Of a stretch of 64,000 nt of DNA, positions 52,515 through 63,935 are shown piece after piece. A program made the translations under genes and the position numbers. A model generated the notes under the pieces. The model did no database searches, was not told where the DNA came from, and worked only from the letters and a program-made list of their open reading frames with translations. Origin of the DNA: Callorhinchus milii (Eukaryota); contig NW_024704743.1 in the NCBI RefSeq assembly GCF_018977255.1, positions 29,762,001 through 29,826,000 of the forward strand, read 5' to 3'. How positions within the stretch are numbered: position 1 is the first letter of the stretch; each line of letters starts with the position of its first letter.

Positions 52515-52740
52515 CAGTGTAATGGTTGGAGCACTTGCCTTACAAGCGAGAGAACCTGAATTTGATTACCAGACAAGGCAAAACTTTAGGTAAGTTTCCT
52601 AACTCCACACACCTCTGTTTACCAAGCAGTAGGTAGGGACCTGGCCGTTAAAAGATTGGTGGATCGCTTTCCGAGTGTAATGATTCCTTCAAATAAATAA
52701 ATGAAATGGTCGCTCAATCCACAACTGTGGGACACTGACA
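52515..52740 (+). mobile_element. Older SINE copy, long subfamily, 3'-truncated
   Basis: Degenerate tRNA head plus CTCTGTTTACCAAGCAGTAGGTAGGGACC segment. Confidence 0.75.
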
Positions 52741-52831
52741 TTGGGGTATTGCTGGAGTCTTAACTAGCCAAAACCACATAGCTTGCCATTGATATCATTG
52801 TCTGGCAAGCTTTCCCACAGTTTGTCCAGAT

Positions 52832-53170
52832 ATAATAATAATAATAAATAATAATAATAATCCTTGCATTTGATATAGCACTTTTCACGTCGGGAGGACG
52901 TCCCAAAGCGCTTCACAGAACACACTGTAAAGTGAATTGACTGTATATTTGTGGGCGAACGCGGCAGCCAATTGCGCACAGCAATGTCCCACAAACAGTC
53001 GTAGATTGAAAATGACCAATTTTATTATTGTTTTTTTTTTTTTTTTTGGAGGGATTATTATTAGGCGTGTGGAGTAAGGAAACTTGCCCAAGGTTTCGCC
53101 CTGCCTGGAATTGAACTCAGGTCTCTCGCTTGCAAAGCGAGTGCTCTAACCACTGAGCTACAGGACTCCA
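52832..53170 (-). mobile_element. tRNA-Ala-derived SINE, full length
   Basis: Reverse complement of the consensus with a long (ATT)n tail. Confidence 0.92.
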
Positions 53171-54067
53171 CTGAGCTACAGATATGACCACCCTAACCAT
53201 CAGGGCTTTGGTTTGTAGGGTTAAATGGAGCTCAGTGTGATGATTCCCTGACGCCAGTGACTTGTCTGCCCTTCCAGTAGTGCCCTGGAGTACTGAGGAG
53301 CTTCCTGGCTCAAGAACTGGACAAACGAGACCGCCAAAGAGGGCTGGCTCAATTCCGACGTTCCATTCCCAAACATGTCGCTCTGGGGCCAAGTAATGGA
53401 AGGGTACAAGCGGTGATATTAAGAGTTTCAAAACATAGACATGCACGGGATAAACAACAACATTACTTTTGTATAGCGCCTTTCACAAAGGGAGGACGTC
53501 CCAAGGCGCTGGACAGTTAGTGTTTCGGACTTGATCTGGGTCGGGATTGGGGAGGGTGGAGGGCAGGGGGGAAAGCAGGGTGATCGTTGATTATAGTAGG
53601 AGAGTAACATAGAATTATATGGTGAATTTCAGGCTTTAGACAATCTGTCCATTTAGCCTGCCCAACCAATTTCCCACAAGATTCCTTCAATAAATTCCTA
53701 ACAAAAAAACATACATTCACACCACTTTGCAGTGAAGAGTTTTGAGAAGTCTCGAAGACGTGATAAGGCGCAATATCAAATACAAGAATTATTACTATGA
53801 ATGTGGCAACACTGAATTTTTTTAAAAAACTTGATTAGTTTTGTTCATTGCTTCACTTTCTGTCACACTTCAGTGGTAAAGCTTGGCTGAGTCACACTTA
53901 TGAATTTGCCTTGTCAGTTTGCAATCTACAAACTGGTTTATACCAGATGAAGAACTGAAGTTGTCATACTTCTAAGACAGATGGTAGGAACAAGGCAACA
54001 AGAGAGATAAAAGGTAAGTGATAGTTTTAAAGTTTGTGTAAAAAAAAATGTTAGAAAAGTAAAAAAT

Positions 54068-54446
54068 ACCCTCCCTGGACCCATCTCTACTATCAAACTA
54101 CCGCTCCATCTCCTACCTCCCTTTCCTCTCCAAGGTCCTGGAACGAGTTGTTGTTTCCCAGATTTGCTCCTTCCTCTCCCGCCACTCCCTTCACAAACTC
54201 CTCCAATCGGGTTTCCGTGCTGCCCACAGCACAGAAACAGCCCTGGTCAAAGTGACAAATGACATTCTGTCCATCTGCAACCAGGGCTCCCTCTGCCTCC
54301 TCGTCCTCCTTGAACTCTCTGCTGCCTTTGACACCGTCAACCACTGTATCCTCATCCACCGTCTCTCCTCTCACCTCAACCTCCACAGCGTTGTCCTTGA
54401 CTGGATCAGATCATACCTCTCACACCGTCTCCACTTCATCTCCACA
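54068..54446 (+). mobile_element. L2 RT fragment
   Basis: FRAAHSTETALVKVTNDIL..LELSAAFDTVNHCILIHRL..WIRSYLSHR. Confidence 0.88.
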
Positions 54447-55804
54447 TCTCAGAGGCCAGATAAATTGCATCGAAGGGTCCTTAAGGAACTAAAGGAGTAA
54501 GTTGCAGAAACACTGGCACAAATCACTGAACCCTGGAGTATGCCGGGGACTGGAGAAGGGGAGATGTTACTGCTATTTTTAAGAAAGGTAATAAAAGTGA
54601 CCCAGGATACAAGACCAGTAAATTTGACATCCATTGTGGGTGTAATTATCGAGACTCTTATTAAGGATAAAATCAAAGAGCAGTTGAACATCTCATACAA
54701 AGGACGGCACCCGCAGCACGACACTGAATGTAGTCCATGGCTTCCACGACCCAACGTGGGGATTCAACTCACATCTTTAAGACCCAGAGATGCGAGTGGT
54801 AACAACTGAGCAGCCTGACACACAATGTCAACGTAAGACATCCATTGTGACATCTGATTGCTGTGACAATTTATAACACATTTAAGAATCAGCAATATCA
54901 TTCTTGAATATAAGCAAGGATCTCAAATCATTCTTACTTCTTATTCCACATGGACTGCACAAATACAGCATAGGAGTCATATATATCTATCTGTACCATG
55001 GTCCATACCCACTCTCTATACAGAGGCACATTCCAACCCTCTGTCACCATAGACCTAGACAAAGTTCTGTTTAAAACTATAATGGTACAAATACATTCAC
55101 AGAGCATAGGATAGAGTTTAACAGAAAGTCAACACAACAGATTCCCAAGGCGCAGACACCTCCTGATTTGTAGAGCAACGTTGCCCACTGATGAGTACTT
55201 GAATGGGAAGATGGGTTAACAGAAAGCAACAACTTGTTGCAGGACCTTGGAGAGGAAAGCGAGGTAGGAAATGGGGCATCAGTGAGGGATAGAGATGTGT
55301 CCAGGGAGGGTTTTTGAAGGATGTGAAGGGCACTGGATAAATGCAATTTGTTGGTTTTCACTATTCTAACTTTTTTTTACATAAACTTTAAAACTATCAC
55401 TTGCCTTTTATCTCTCTTGTTGCCTTGTTCCTATCACTTGTTTTAGAAGTATGACAACTTCAGTTCTTGATCTGGTATAAACCAGTTTTTAGATTGCAAA
55501 CTGAAGGGACAAATTCATAGTTGTGACTCAGCCCGGCTTTACCACAGAAGAAGTGTGGCAGAAAGTGAAGCAATGAACAAAGCAACTCAAGTTGAAAAAA
55601 AGATTCATAATAATAATCCTTGCATTTGGTATAGCACCTTATCAGTCTTTGAGACGTCTCAAAGCTCTTCACTGTAAATTGGTATGAATGTATGTTGTTT
55701 TGTTAGGAATTTATTGAAGGAACCTTGTGGGAAATTGGTTGGCAGGCTAAATGGACTGATAGTCTAAAGCCTGAAAGTCACCACGTAATTCTATGCTACT
55801 CTCC
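54447..55804. repeat. Mosaic block of local inverted duplications
   Basis: 54447-54688 is the reverse complement of 48918-49398 without its SINE. 54691-55102 is the reverse complement of 56289-56707. 55221-55804 is the reverse complement of 53599-54158. Confidence 0.88.
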
Positions 55805-55949
55805 GAATGGAACCAAAGCATTGTTTTTTCTAATCAACCCTTTTTTGGTGTCTTTTAATTTACGTGATCTTGATGAATTTACTTTATTTGCTTCTAAATT
55901 ACTAAATTGGTGTTCAATGAGCTGTATTCACGAATGCATATCAGAGCTA

Positions 55950-56268
55950 TAATAATAATAATAATCCTTGCATTTGATATAGCGCTTTTCACGTCGGGAG
56001 GACGTCCCAAAGCGCTTCACAGAACACACTGTAAAGTGAATTGACTGTATATTTGTGGGCGAACGCGGCAGCCAATTGCGCACAGCAATGTCCCACAAAC
56101 AGTCGTAGATTGAAAATGACCAATTTAATTATTGTTTTTGGTTTTTTGGAGGGATTATTATTAGGCGTGTGGAGTAAGGAAACTTGCCCAAGGTTTCGCC
56201 CTGCCTGGAATTGAACTCAGGTCTCTCACTTGCAAAGCGAGTGCTCTAACCACTGAGCTACAGGACTA
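55950..56268 (-). mobile_element. tRNA-Ala-derived SINE, full length
   Basis: Near-identical to the 52832 copy. Confidence 0.92.
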
Positions 56269-57206
56269 TCTCTCTCCTTGGGAAGTGACTGTGAATGTAT
56301 TTGTACCAGTATAGTCTTAAACAGATCTTTGGCTATGTCTATGGTGTGAGAGAGTGTAATGCTTTTTGGAATGTGCCTCTGTGCAGAGAATGGGTATGGA
56401 CCATGGTTTAGGTATATATGACTCACATACAGTATTTGTGTAGCACCATGTGGAACAAGTAAGAAGGATTTGAGATCCTTGATTATATTCAAGGATGATA
56501 TTGCTGATTCTTAAATGTGCTATAATTGTCACATCGATCAGATATCACAATGGATGTCTTACATTGACATTGTGTGTCAGGCTGCTCAGTTGGTACCACT
56601 CGCACCTTTGAGTCTTAAGGTTGTGAGTTGAAACCCCACTTCGGGTCATGGAACCAATGGAGTCTGACATTTAGTGCAGTGCTGTGGATGCCGTCCTTTG
56701 TATGAGACGTTAAACTGAGGTCCGTCTGCCTATTCAGATTGATGTTGAAGATCCCCTGGCACTATTTGATAAGAGAAGGAAGTTTCTCTTGATGTGCTTG
56801 CCAACATTGGATACTCACTGCATGGCTGTTTTGTAGGACATTGCTGCACACAGGCCTCCTCTGTTGGTGTACAAAATACACACAATCACATAACTTTACT
56901 GTGAAGAACTTTGAGACATTTTGACAATGTGATCAGGTGCTACATTAAATGCAAGGATTATTGTTATCTATTATTATGATTAATCCCAATGCATACATGT
57001 AAATAAGATTGTATACAGTGTACCATCAAATAGGAAAACGGCCAAACATGTACTATTGGAGTAGGCACAAGTGAACAGGGTCTTTTCTAACATACTGTTG
57101 CCTTCTTAGCTATAACAAATTCATCCGGTATCATTGAAGACCCAGATAATCCCTTTTAATGAATAATACCAACAATTTCCATTGATATAGTGCGCTTCAT
57201 ATAGGG

Positions 57207-59348
57207 CTGGGGTGGGCAGTTATTTTGGCTGGTGGGCCATTTCACGAGTTTTGGTAAGCTTCACCGGCCACACTTAATATAGATGCAAATGCTTAATAAT
57301 AGCTCAAAATCAAGTCTTACACTTGCACATGCATAAAATAAAGTCTATAAAATTGACATTGATTAGAGTTAGGTTAAATAAAAACAACTAATTGAGCAGA
57401 CATTTATTGATATTTATTCACATATTGATGAGACTGTGAGAAGCTCACTCAATGGGAAGAATGAAAGCGGGTGATCTGAGTTAACCAGACAATTGAAGTC
57501 AGGCATCGTCTCCGTTGTTGCAATGCGGAGTACTGCTGCAAAATGATCATCAGTCATCACAGATCTATGTTTTGATTTATTGAATTTCATCAGAAAATGT
57601 CTCCTCGCATATGTATGTTGATCCAAAAAGCACGAGCATCTTCTGGGCATGAACCTTTATTTTCGGAAAGGTATATTCATTAAGAGAGGCATAAAAACTG
57701 GGAAGCTGCACTGATTTGATTTGTTCCGCAAGCAATGGATCACATTGCAGGTCAATAAGCTCGAGTTGGAGGTCAAATGGGACTTTGTCAACATCAAATG
57801 ACAAAGGTGAAGAGACCAAAGACAGGTCATTTTCGATCAAATTGAAATCCTGGAATGGGCGAGAAAATTCGGCATGTAAGTCAAGTAGTGACTGAGTATA
57901 CTTTGTAAGGCTTTGATCGCAAACAGTAATCTGCTGCAAAGTTGGAAAGTGGATACACAGCCTGTTTCCTATCTGACGCGATAAAATAAATAATTGTCAT
58001 AAATGAGTTGACGCTGCAATACAAATCGTGCACAAAGGCCCCCTTCCGTCGCAGTTTTGAATTCAGTTCATTCATGTGGCCCATGATATCAATGGCAAAT
58101 GTGAAATCAGAGAGCCAATTCGCATCATTCAGCTGTGGGAAATCCGAATCTTTTTGTTTCATGTCCAAAAATAAATCAATCTCTGTTCTCAGTTCCCACA
58201 CTCTTTTCAAGATCTTTCCTAAACTAAGCCGTCTTACATTCGTGTGATACAGGACTTCCGTGTGCTCGGATTCCGATTCCTCAAGCTCAGTTACAAATTA
58301 CCTGTGGTTTAATCCTCTTGCTCAAATGTAGTTGACCACTTTCGTAACTGTGTCCACGACATTGCTTGGTTTTAGAACTCTTACAGAGGACCTCTTGGTG
58401 GATAATAGTGTAGAAAAACAATATTCTGTTCTGGATTTGTTCTTCAATTCTTTTCAGCAACCCAACGTTTTTGCCTGTCAGATTCAGGCTTCCATCGGTG
58501 GTCACTCCTAATTTTAAGATACACTTATTTTATTGCCTTCAAAAAGGCTTCTCCAGTTGTCGTATTGACTGCATTAATGCCAATTCTTCTGTGAGCTTAA
58601 AATACTTGGTGATACCTTGAATAAAAATTAACAACTGGGCTGTGTCTTTGACATCACACCTCTCATCGAGTGCCAGTGAAAACAGTGAGTGACCTGGGTT
58701 CAATTCCCTGCAGGGCAAAACCTTGGGCAAGTTTCCTTACTCCACATGCCTGATAATAATACCTCAACAAAAAAAAATAAGAATTTGGTCACTTCAATCC
58801 ATGACTGTTTGTGGGACACTGCTGCGTGCAATTGGCTGCTGTGTTTCACCCACAAAATATACAATCAATTCACTTTACAATATATTATGTGAAGTGCGTT
58901 GAGACGTCTAGAAGATGTGAAAAGCGCTAGATCAAATGCAAGGATTATTATTATAACTGCACACCGTTTTTATTTTCTTTATTTTATTTGTTTCATTTTC
59001 CATCCACGCTGGTAAAAAAAAATTTAGAAGTTCATTCTTTGTTGAATATTTGGCCTTCAGCATCCACTTTCCGCTTCTTTGATAAACTCATTTTGAATTA
59101 ACGTTCTCTTCAGTGAAAAAGTATTGCCGCGCGAGCGTGTTTGAAAATTTGCCGTACATTTCTGACATCAGCCTGATTCAGCACTTACTGTGTGTACAAC
59201 TATGCAGTGTGATTGGCTGATGTTCCTGGTCAGATTCAAATGCAAAATTTGTGCAACCTTCTGGAACTGAATGAACTATAATTTTTTCTATCGCTAGACA
59301 CAATGATGGGCCAGATATGGCCCGCAGGCCGTCTTTTGCCCACCCCTG
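57207..59348 (-). mobile_element. Decayed hAT DNA transposon (Charlie/SPIN/GTF2IRD2-like transposase) with TIRs and an 8-bp TSD
   Basis: Ends CTGGGGTGGGCA...TTTGCCCACCCCTG, flanked by identical ATATAGGG (57199-57206 and 59349-59356). Minus-strand remnants: MSLSKKRKVDAEGQIF (ATG 59091), FSLALDERCDVKDTAQLLIF, TTDG, DLQLELIDLQCD, LFGSTYICEETFS, KSKHRSVMTD. Stops, frameshifts, an internal deletion and a SINE insertion are present. Confidence 0.93.
58690..58955 (+). mobile_element. 5'-truncated SINE nested in the hAT transposase
   Basis: Runs from GACCTGGGTTCAATTCC to AAATGCAAGGATTATTATTAT and interrupts the transposase just before FSLALDE. Confidence 0.88.
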
Positions 59349-59356
59349 ATATAGGG

Positions 59357-60232
59357 TAAAGTTTTGGAGTAGGTTTGAAAGACACTGGAGAGGAGGGAGG
59401 TGGCCACAAGCATGTTCAAAACGGTAAGATTCGGCTGGACATAAAGACTAAAAGAGAGGGGGTGAGAGAATGGTAGAGAAAGTTCCAGAGGTTTGGGACA
59501 TAGGGACTGAAGGCTTGGCCACCAGTGGTGGCAGAGGAACACCAGGGTCATGCAGCTCAGTAGAGTAGTGTAAAAGGAGATCAGAGAGTTGCAATAGAAT
59601 TGGGGGGAGCCGTCGGGGGGATGCGCTATCGGAGGGGCAGGGGTGTGTGTACTGGGGGACGCGCTATCAGGGGAGGTAAGTGCTATCTGGGATGCGAGGC
59701 CGGGGCGCGATATCGGGGAGGGTGGGGGGGGGGGCGTGCAATTAGGAGGTGGGGGGTGTGCGCAATCAGGGTGGGGGTGCATAATTGGGGGGGCCAATGG
59801 TGGAGCAGGCCAGAGCCGGCTGAGCAGAGGGAGCGGGCGGGTTGGTAGGGGATTAGGAGATCACAGAGGTAGGGTGGGGTGAGGCCATCATTGAGAGCTT
59901 TGTAAGCGAGGACCAGGAGAGGACACAGGTTGTGGAATTCTGGATTATCTGCAGCCTGTGGAGGGAAGAGTTGGGAAGGCCGACAAGCAGCGCATTTGCA
60001 TAGTCGAGCTTCGAGTTAATAAAGGCATGAACAAGAGTTTCAGTGGCCTGAGGGGTGAGGTGGTGGCAGAGTCGGGCGATATTACGGAGGTGAGGGAAGG
60101 CAGAGTGGGTCATGGCTTGAATGTGGGGGAAGAAGACAGTTGAGGTCAAACAAGACACTTAGGTTCCTGACTGGTAGTGTGAAATCATGGGTTGATGCTG
60201 CCAGAGCCTCAGTCTTGTTCACATTCAACTTT
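59357..60232 (-). mobile_element. L2 3' portion with an internal G-rich minisatellite
   Basis: HLRNIARL..HAFINSKLDYANALL motif. Confidence 0.8.
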
Positions 60233-60958
60233 AAAGGCCAGTTTGGAGTTGAAAAACAACCCTGCTCACCAAAACAAGAATAAATACACATGAACACAAT
60301 AATAATACCTGCATTTGATATAGCACCTTATCATGCCTTCAAGAAATCTCAAAGAACTGCACAGAATATACTATAAAGTGAATTGACTGTATATTTTGTG
60401 GCCGAAACAAATACCACAAGCTAGGAAAATAAATTAAAACACTTCTTAAAGATTTAATAAAGCGCAAAATTCTCATCAAAAGATGGGAGTTTTAGATCTC
60501 ACCGTGAAATACAGTTTGAAAGAAAACTGTGACCTCTCTATCCGAAGCTGCCAGTCAAGTGAAGAATTCTGCTTCACTGCACAATGTCCTAAAAATCTGT
60601 TTGATCTTGGCACATCGCCCTGAACTTCAAATGCGCATTGTATTCAGGAATGTCATGAAACTGTAAACTAGGATTCTACATCAAGATGGGAGTCCATTGT
60701 TTAAAGCCTTCTGAAGGAGCAGGAAGCTGTGGGAAGGGAATACCTGGGCACAGAGAGTACTCCAGCAACAAGATCAATGCAAGCATTGACAACGTGTATA
60801 TATAAATCCCTTGCATTTAATATAGCACCACAGAATGTCAGAATAGTCAGTCCTCTGCAGCATTCTCTGTAGTTCGTTTCCGGAAAGCAGGCCCACAGTA
60901 CTCCAAGGCAATACTGATGACAGATCAACCATCATGGCTTGTTGCTCAGTGGTCGAGT

Positions 60959-61277
60959 AGTCCTGTAGCTCAGTGGTTAGAGCACTCGCTTTGCAAGCGA
61001 GAGACCTGAGTTCAATTCCAGGCAGAGGGCGAAACCTTGGGCAAGTTTCCTTACTCCACACAGAGCCTAATAATAATCCCTCCAAAACCAAAAACAATAA
61101 TAAATTGGTCATTTTCAATCCACGACTGTTTGTGGGACATTGCTGTGCGCAATTGGCTGCCGCGTTTGCTCACAAATATACAGTCAATTCACTTTACAGA
61201 GTGTTCTGTGAAGCGCTTTGGGACGTCCTCCCGACGTGAAAAGCGCTATATCAAATGCAAGGATTAATATTATTATT
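60959..61277 (+). mobile_element. tRNA-Ala-derived SINE, full length
   Basis: Consensus head, body and tail. Confidence 0.92.
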
Positions 61278-61367
61278 GTTGGAAAGAGTTGAAGGGGCAG
61301 GGATTTATTCCCCCACTCAGCTTCGGTTAACCGTGCAAGCCAAAGCGTAGGCTTATCAAGCATTAGA

Positions 61368-61980
61368 AACAACAATATGCATTTATATAGCGCCCTCCAC
61401 AGCAGGCGGCGTCCCAGAGCACCTAACAATGGTGGAGCCCAATGCCAAGCTACAGGGAGGGGGAAGGTAACCACACACGGTCAGAGGAAGGTCTTCAGAC
61501 ACAACCTGAAAATGGGGAAGGGGCAAGGCAAAGGGATTGAGGGAAGGAGTTCCATAGCTTTGGGGCATAGTGGCTGAAGGCACGGCCGCCAACGGTGGAG
61601 CAGAGGGTTTGAGGTACAAGGAGGAGGCCGGAGACAGTAGAGTGGAGGCAGCAGGTACTGCTATGAGGAGAGAGGAGCTTAAGAGAGATTGGGGAGATGC
61701 CAAGGCATGGAGGGATTTAAACACTGGAGTGAGGATCTTGAAGTCAATCCTCTCTGTGACAGGGAGCCAATGGAGTTTGGCAAGGACTGGGGTAATCAGT
61801 GTGCGATGTTTAGTGCGGGTGAGAATGTGGGCAAGGTAGTTTTGGATAAGTTGAATTTTATGAATAGGGGGGAGGGGAGACCAGTGAGGAGGGCGTTTCT
61901 GAGTAGTCCACCCGAGAGGTGATGAAGGTGTGGGACAACGGTTTCGGCAGCTTTTGGAGACGGGCAATATGGCGGTCAAC
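61368..61980 (-). mobile_element. L2 3' portion
   Basis: KIQLIQN..ITPVLAKLHWLPVTERIDFKIL plus L2 tail. Confidence 0.85.
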
Positions 61981-62067
61981 ACACCGCCACACTGCAACAG
62001 TGAAAAATGTACTGCATTCTTATACCATTTAATAACACAAAGTTAAAAATCTTACAAAAACGTGTAA

Positions 62068-62073
62068 TTTATT
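62068..62073 (-). promoter_or_regulatory. Candidate GMNN polyadenylation signal
   Basis: AATAAA on minus (plus tttatt) about 390 nt past the stop; an ATTAAA variant lies at 62028-62033. Confidence 0.55.
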
Positions 62074-62462
62074 ACACAAAATCATACTGAAATGTTAACT
62101 AAAATCATAAAACTTTAAATATACAGACAGATAGGCTTTTCCTGGAATGTGCTCACTGCCAAGTGACCGAATAAAAAATGGTCCGACTAGCACATTGATT
62201 TGGTAACTCCTTCCATTGAGTATTATGCGATACCCATTAAGAGATTTAATCAAAATGAAGAATATTTTATACTCACAACTACTAACTCAAGGCTTGGAAA
62301 TAAAATTCCACAAGACCATTGTAATACAGAGATACTGCAATGAAGTTCATACAACCAGCAGTCAGTCATTCTTCATAGCAGCTTTTCAAAAAACTAAGTA
62401 GGGGATAAAAAGTCTCCCTCCCCTTTGGTGTTGGCAGGTTTTTGTCTGGCATATGAAAAGTT

Positions 62463-62621
62463 TTAATCATCCTCATTGTCCGAAGATGGAATCTCTGAAC
62501 TCTCATCCAGGGACTCGTGGTGAGATTCAGTGTCAGCGGGCTGTGCAACATCCTCAGGTTCATTGGCGTCTCGTTCATCTGACTCTGGGTTGAATTCATC
62601 AGCGCTCTGTCCAGATAGTCT
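62463..62621 (-). CDS. GMNN: Geminin terminal coding exon (acidic C-terminal tail)
   Basis: Minus acceptor ttttttaatttcaaacag. Phase-0 join gives ...MADLIE|RLSGQSADEFNPESDERDANEPEDVAQPADTESHHESLDESSEIPSSDNEDD* (159 nt), comparable to human LIE|RLNGEPLDNF plus an acidic tail. Confidence 0.88.
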   Translation of the reverse strand, partial: RLSGQSADEFNPESDERDANEPEDVAQPADTESHHESLDESSEIPSSDNEDD

Positions 62622-63935
62622 CTGTTTGAAATTAAAAAACAAGGTTAAGTACAGTATATACAGTTAAAACTAATTTTGCTTGAAAGGAATGCACAACAAG
62701 GTTAATGAATACAGATCAAGGTTAACACATCGCCAACTTCAAGATTCAGTGGGGCACTTGACATAATTTGGTTAGGGGAGAAATTGTATACAAAGTTATT
62801 CTCCATTGCTGAAAATAGCAGCTTATGTAATACTGGTTGTGAAAATGCACTAACATCTTACTCATCCAACTGTTAGTTATTGCCTATTTTTATGAAAGGT
62901 CCCCAATTTAAAGCACTCAGCTGGTAATTTGATTTATTTTAAAAAAACTAAATATTCAAAGCAGGAATAAGGAATTTTCTATTTACAGTACTTTGAAAAC
63001 TATGTCAGAAACAATAATACAGTACTTGTTCTCTTTGGTGACCAAGTTCAAATTCTAATCCTGACCTTATTCATACTTAAGCACTTCAAATGGTTAGCCA
63101 CAAAGATGGAAGAGCTGGCTGTAAATCTCATCCAACATCAACCTCTTAGTGAGCAGACAAAGAAATCAGTCATCTTGTAAATAACTGATGACTCATCCTC
63201 TCATTTATTCTTCTAATGATAGTGAAAGCTAAAAAAAAAAGAAGTCCTGTCCAGGAAAGAGATTCCATCCATGGCAACTTACAAAGAAAGCACTAAAGTC
63301 AAGAGGTATTATACAAGTAAACTGAAGCCTAAATACATTGTGAGAATTCACTTCAGTTGAATAGTATGTGGTTAGCTGGGTATGTGAAACCTTTTCACAA
63401 CACCAGAAGAGGTCATTCAGCCCACAATGCCTGTGCCAGGTCTCTGAAAGAACTATCCATATGACTCACTTCCTTATCATTCTTTATTTTTCTTTCAAAA
63501 ACTTGTCATTTTAATCATTATGGATTCTCCTTCAACTGTTGTTTTTGATAGAGCATTTCATGTCCTAATAAGATCTCTGTATGTTTAATTTTTGGGGGGG
63601 CAATAATCTTAAAATTTATGCCCTTTAGATAATGAATCATTGACCTGTACTTATGCCATAAAACAAATTTATAAGCATACAAAAAAGGGACTTCTACACA
63701 CAAACGGTACCAAGACAATTCAAGACAAGGACATGCGTAATGGTAAAAAAAAACAGAAGTGATGCAAGCCAATATTCTGAGGAATATGTGCAGATCAAGT
63801 CATTTGACACAACCGTGTTCCTTTCCAGACAGAATGCTGGGACTTTACAATATGGAATAACTGACCATTCCTATTATAAAATGAACACTAACTGCCCAAC
63901 ACATCTCCATGCAACATACAGGAGAGTTTTCTTAC

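Noticed and set aside
62366..62599. 77-aa minus ORF MNSTQSQM...
   Set aside because: Wrong frame of the geminin last exon; the phase-0 frame continues the geminin sequence.
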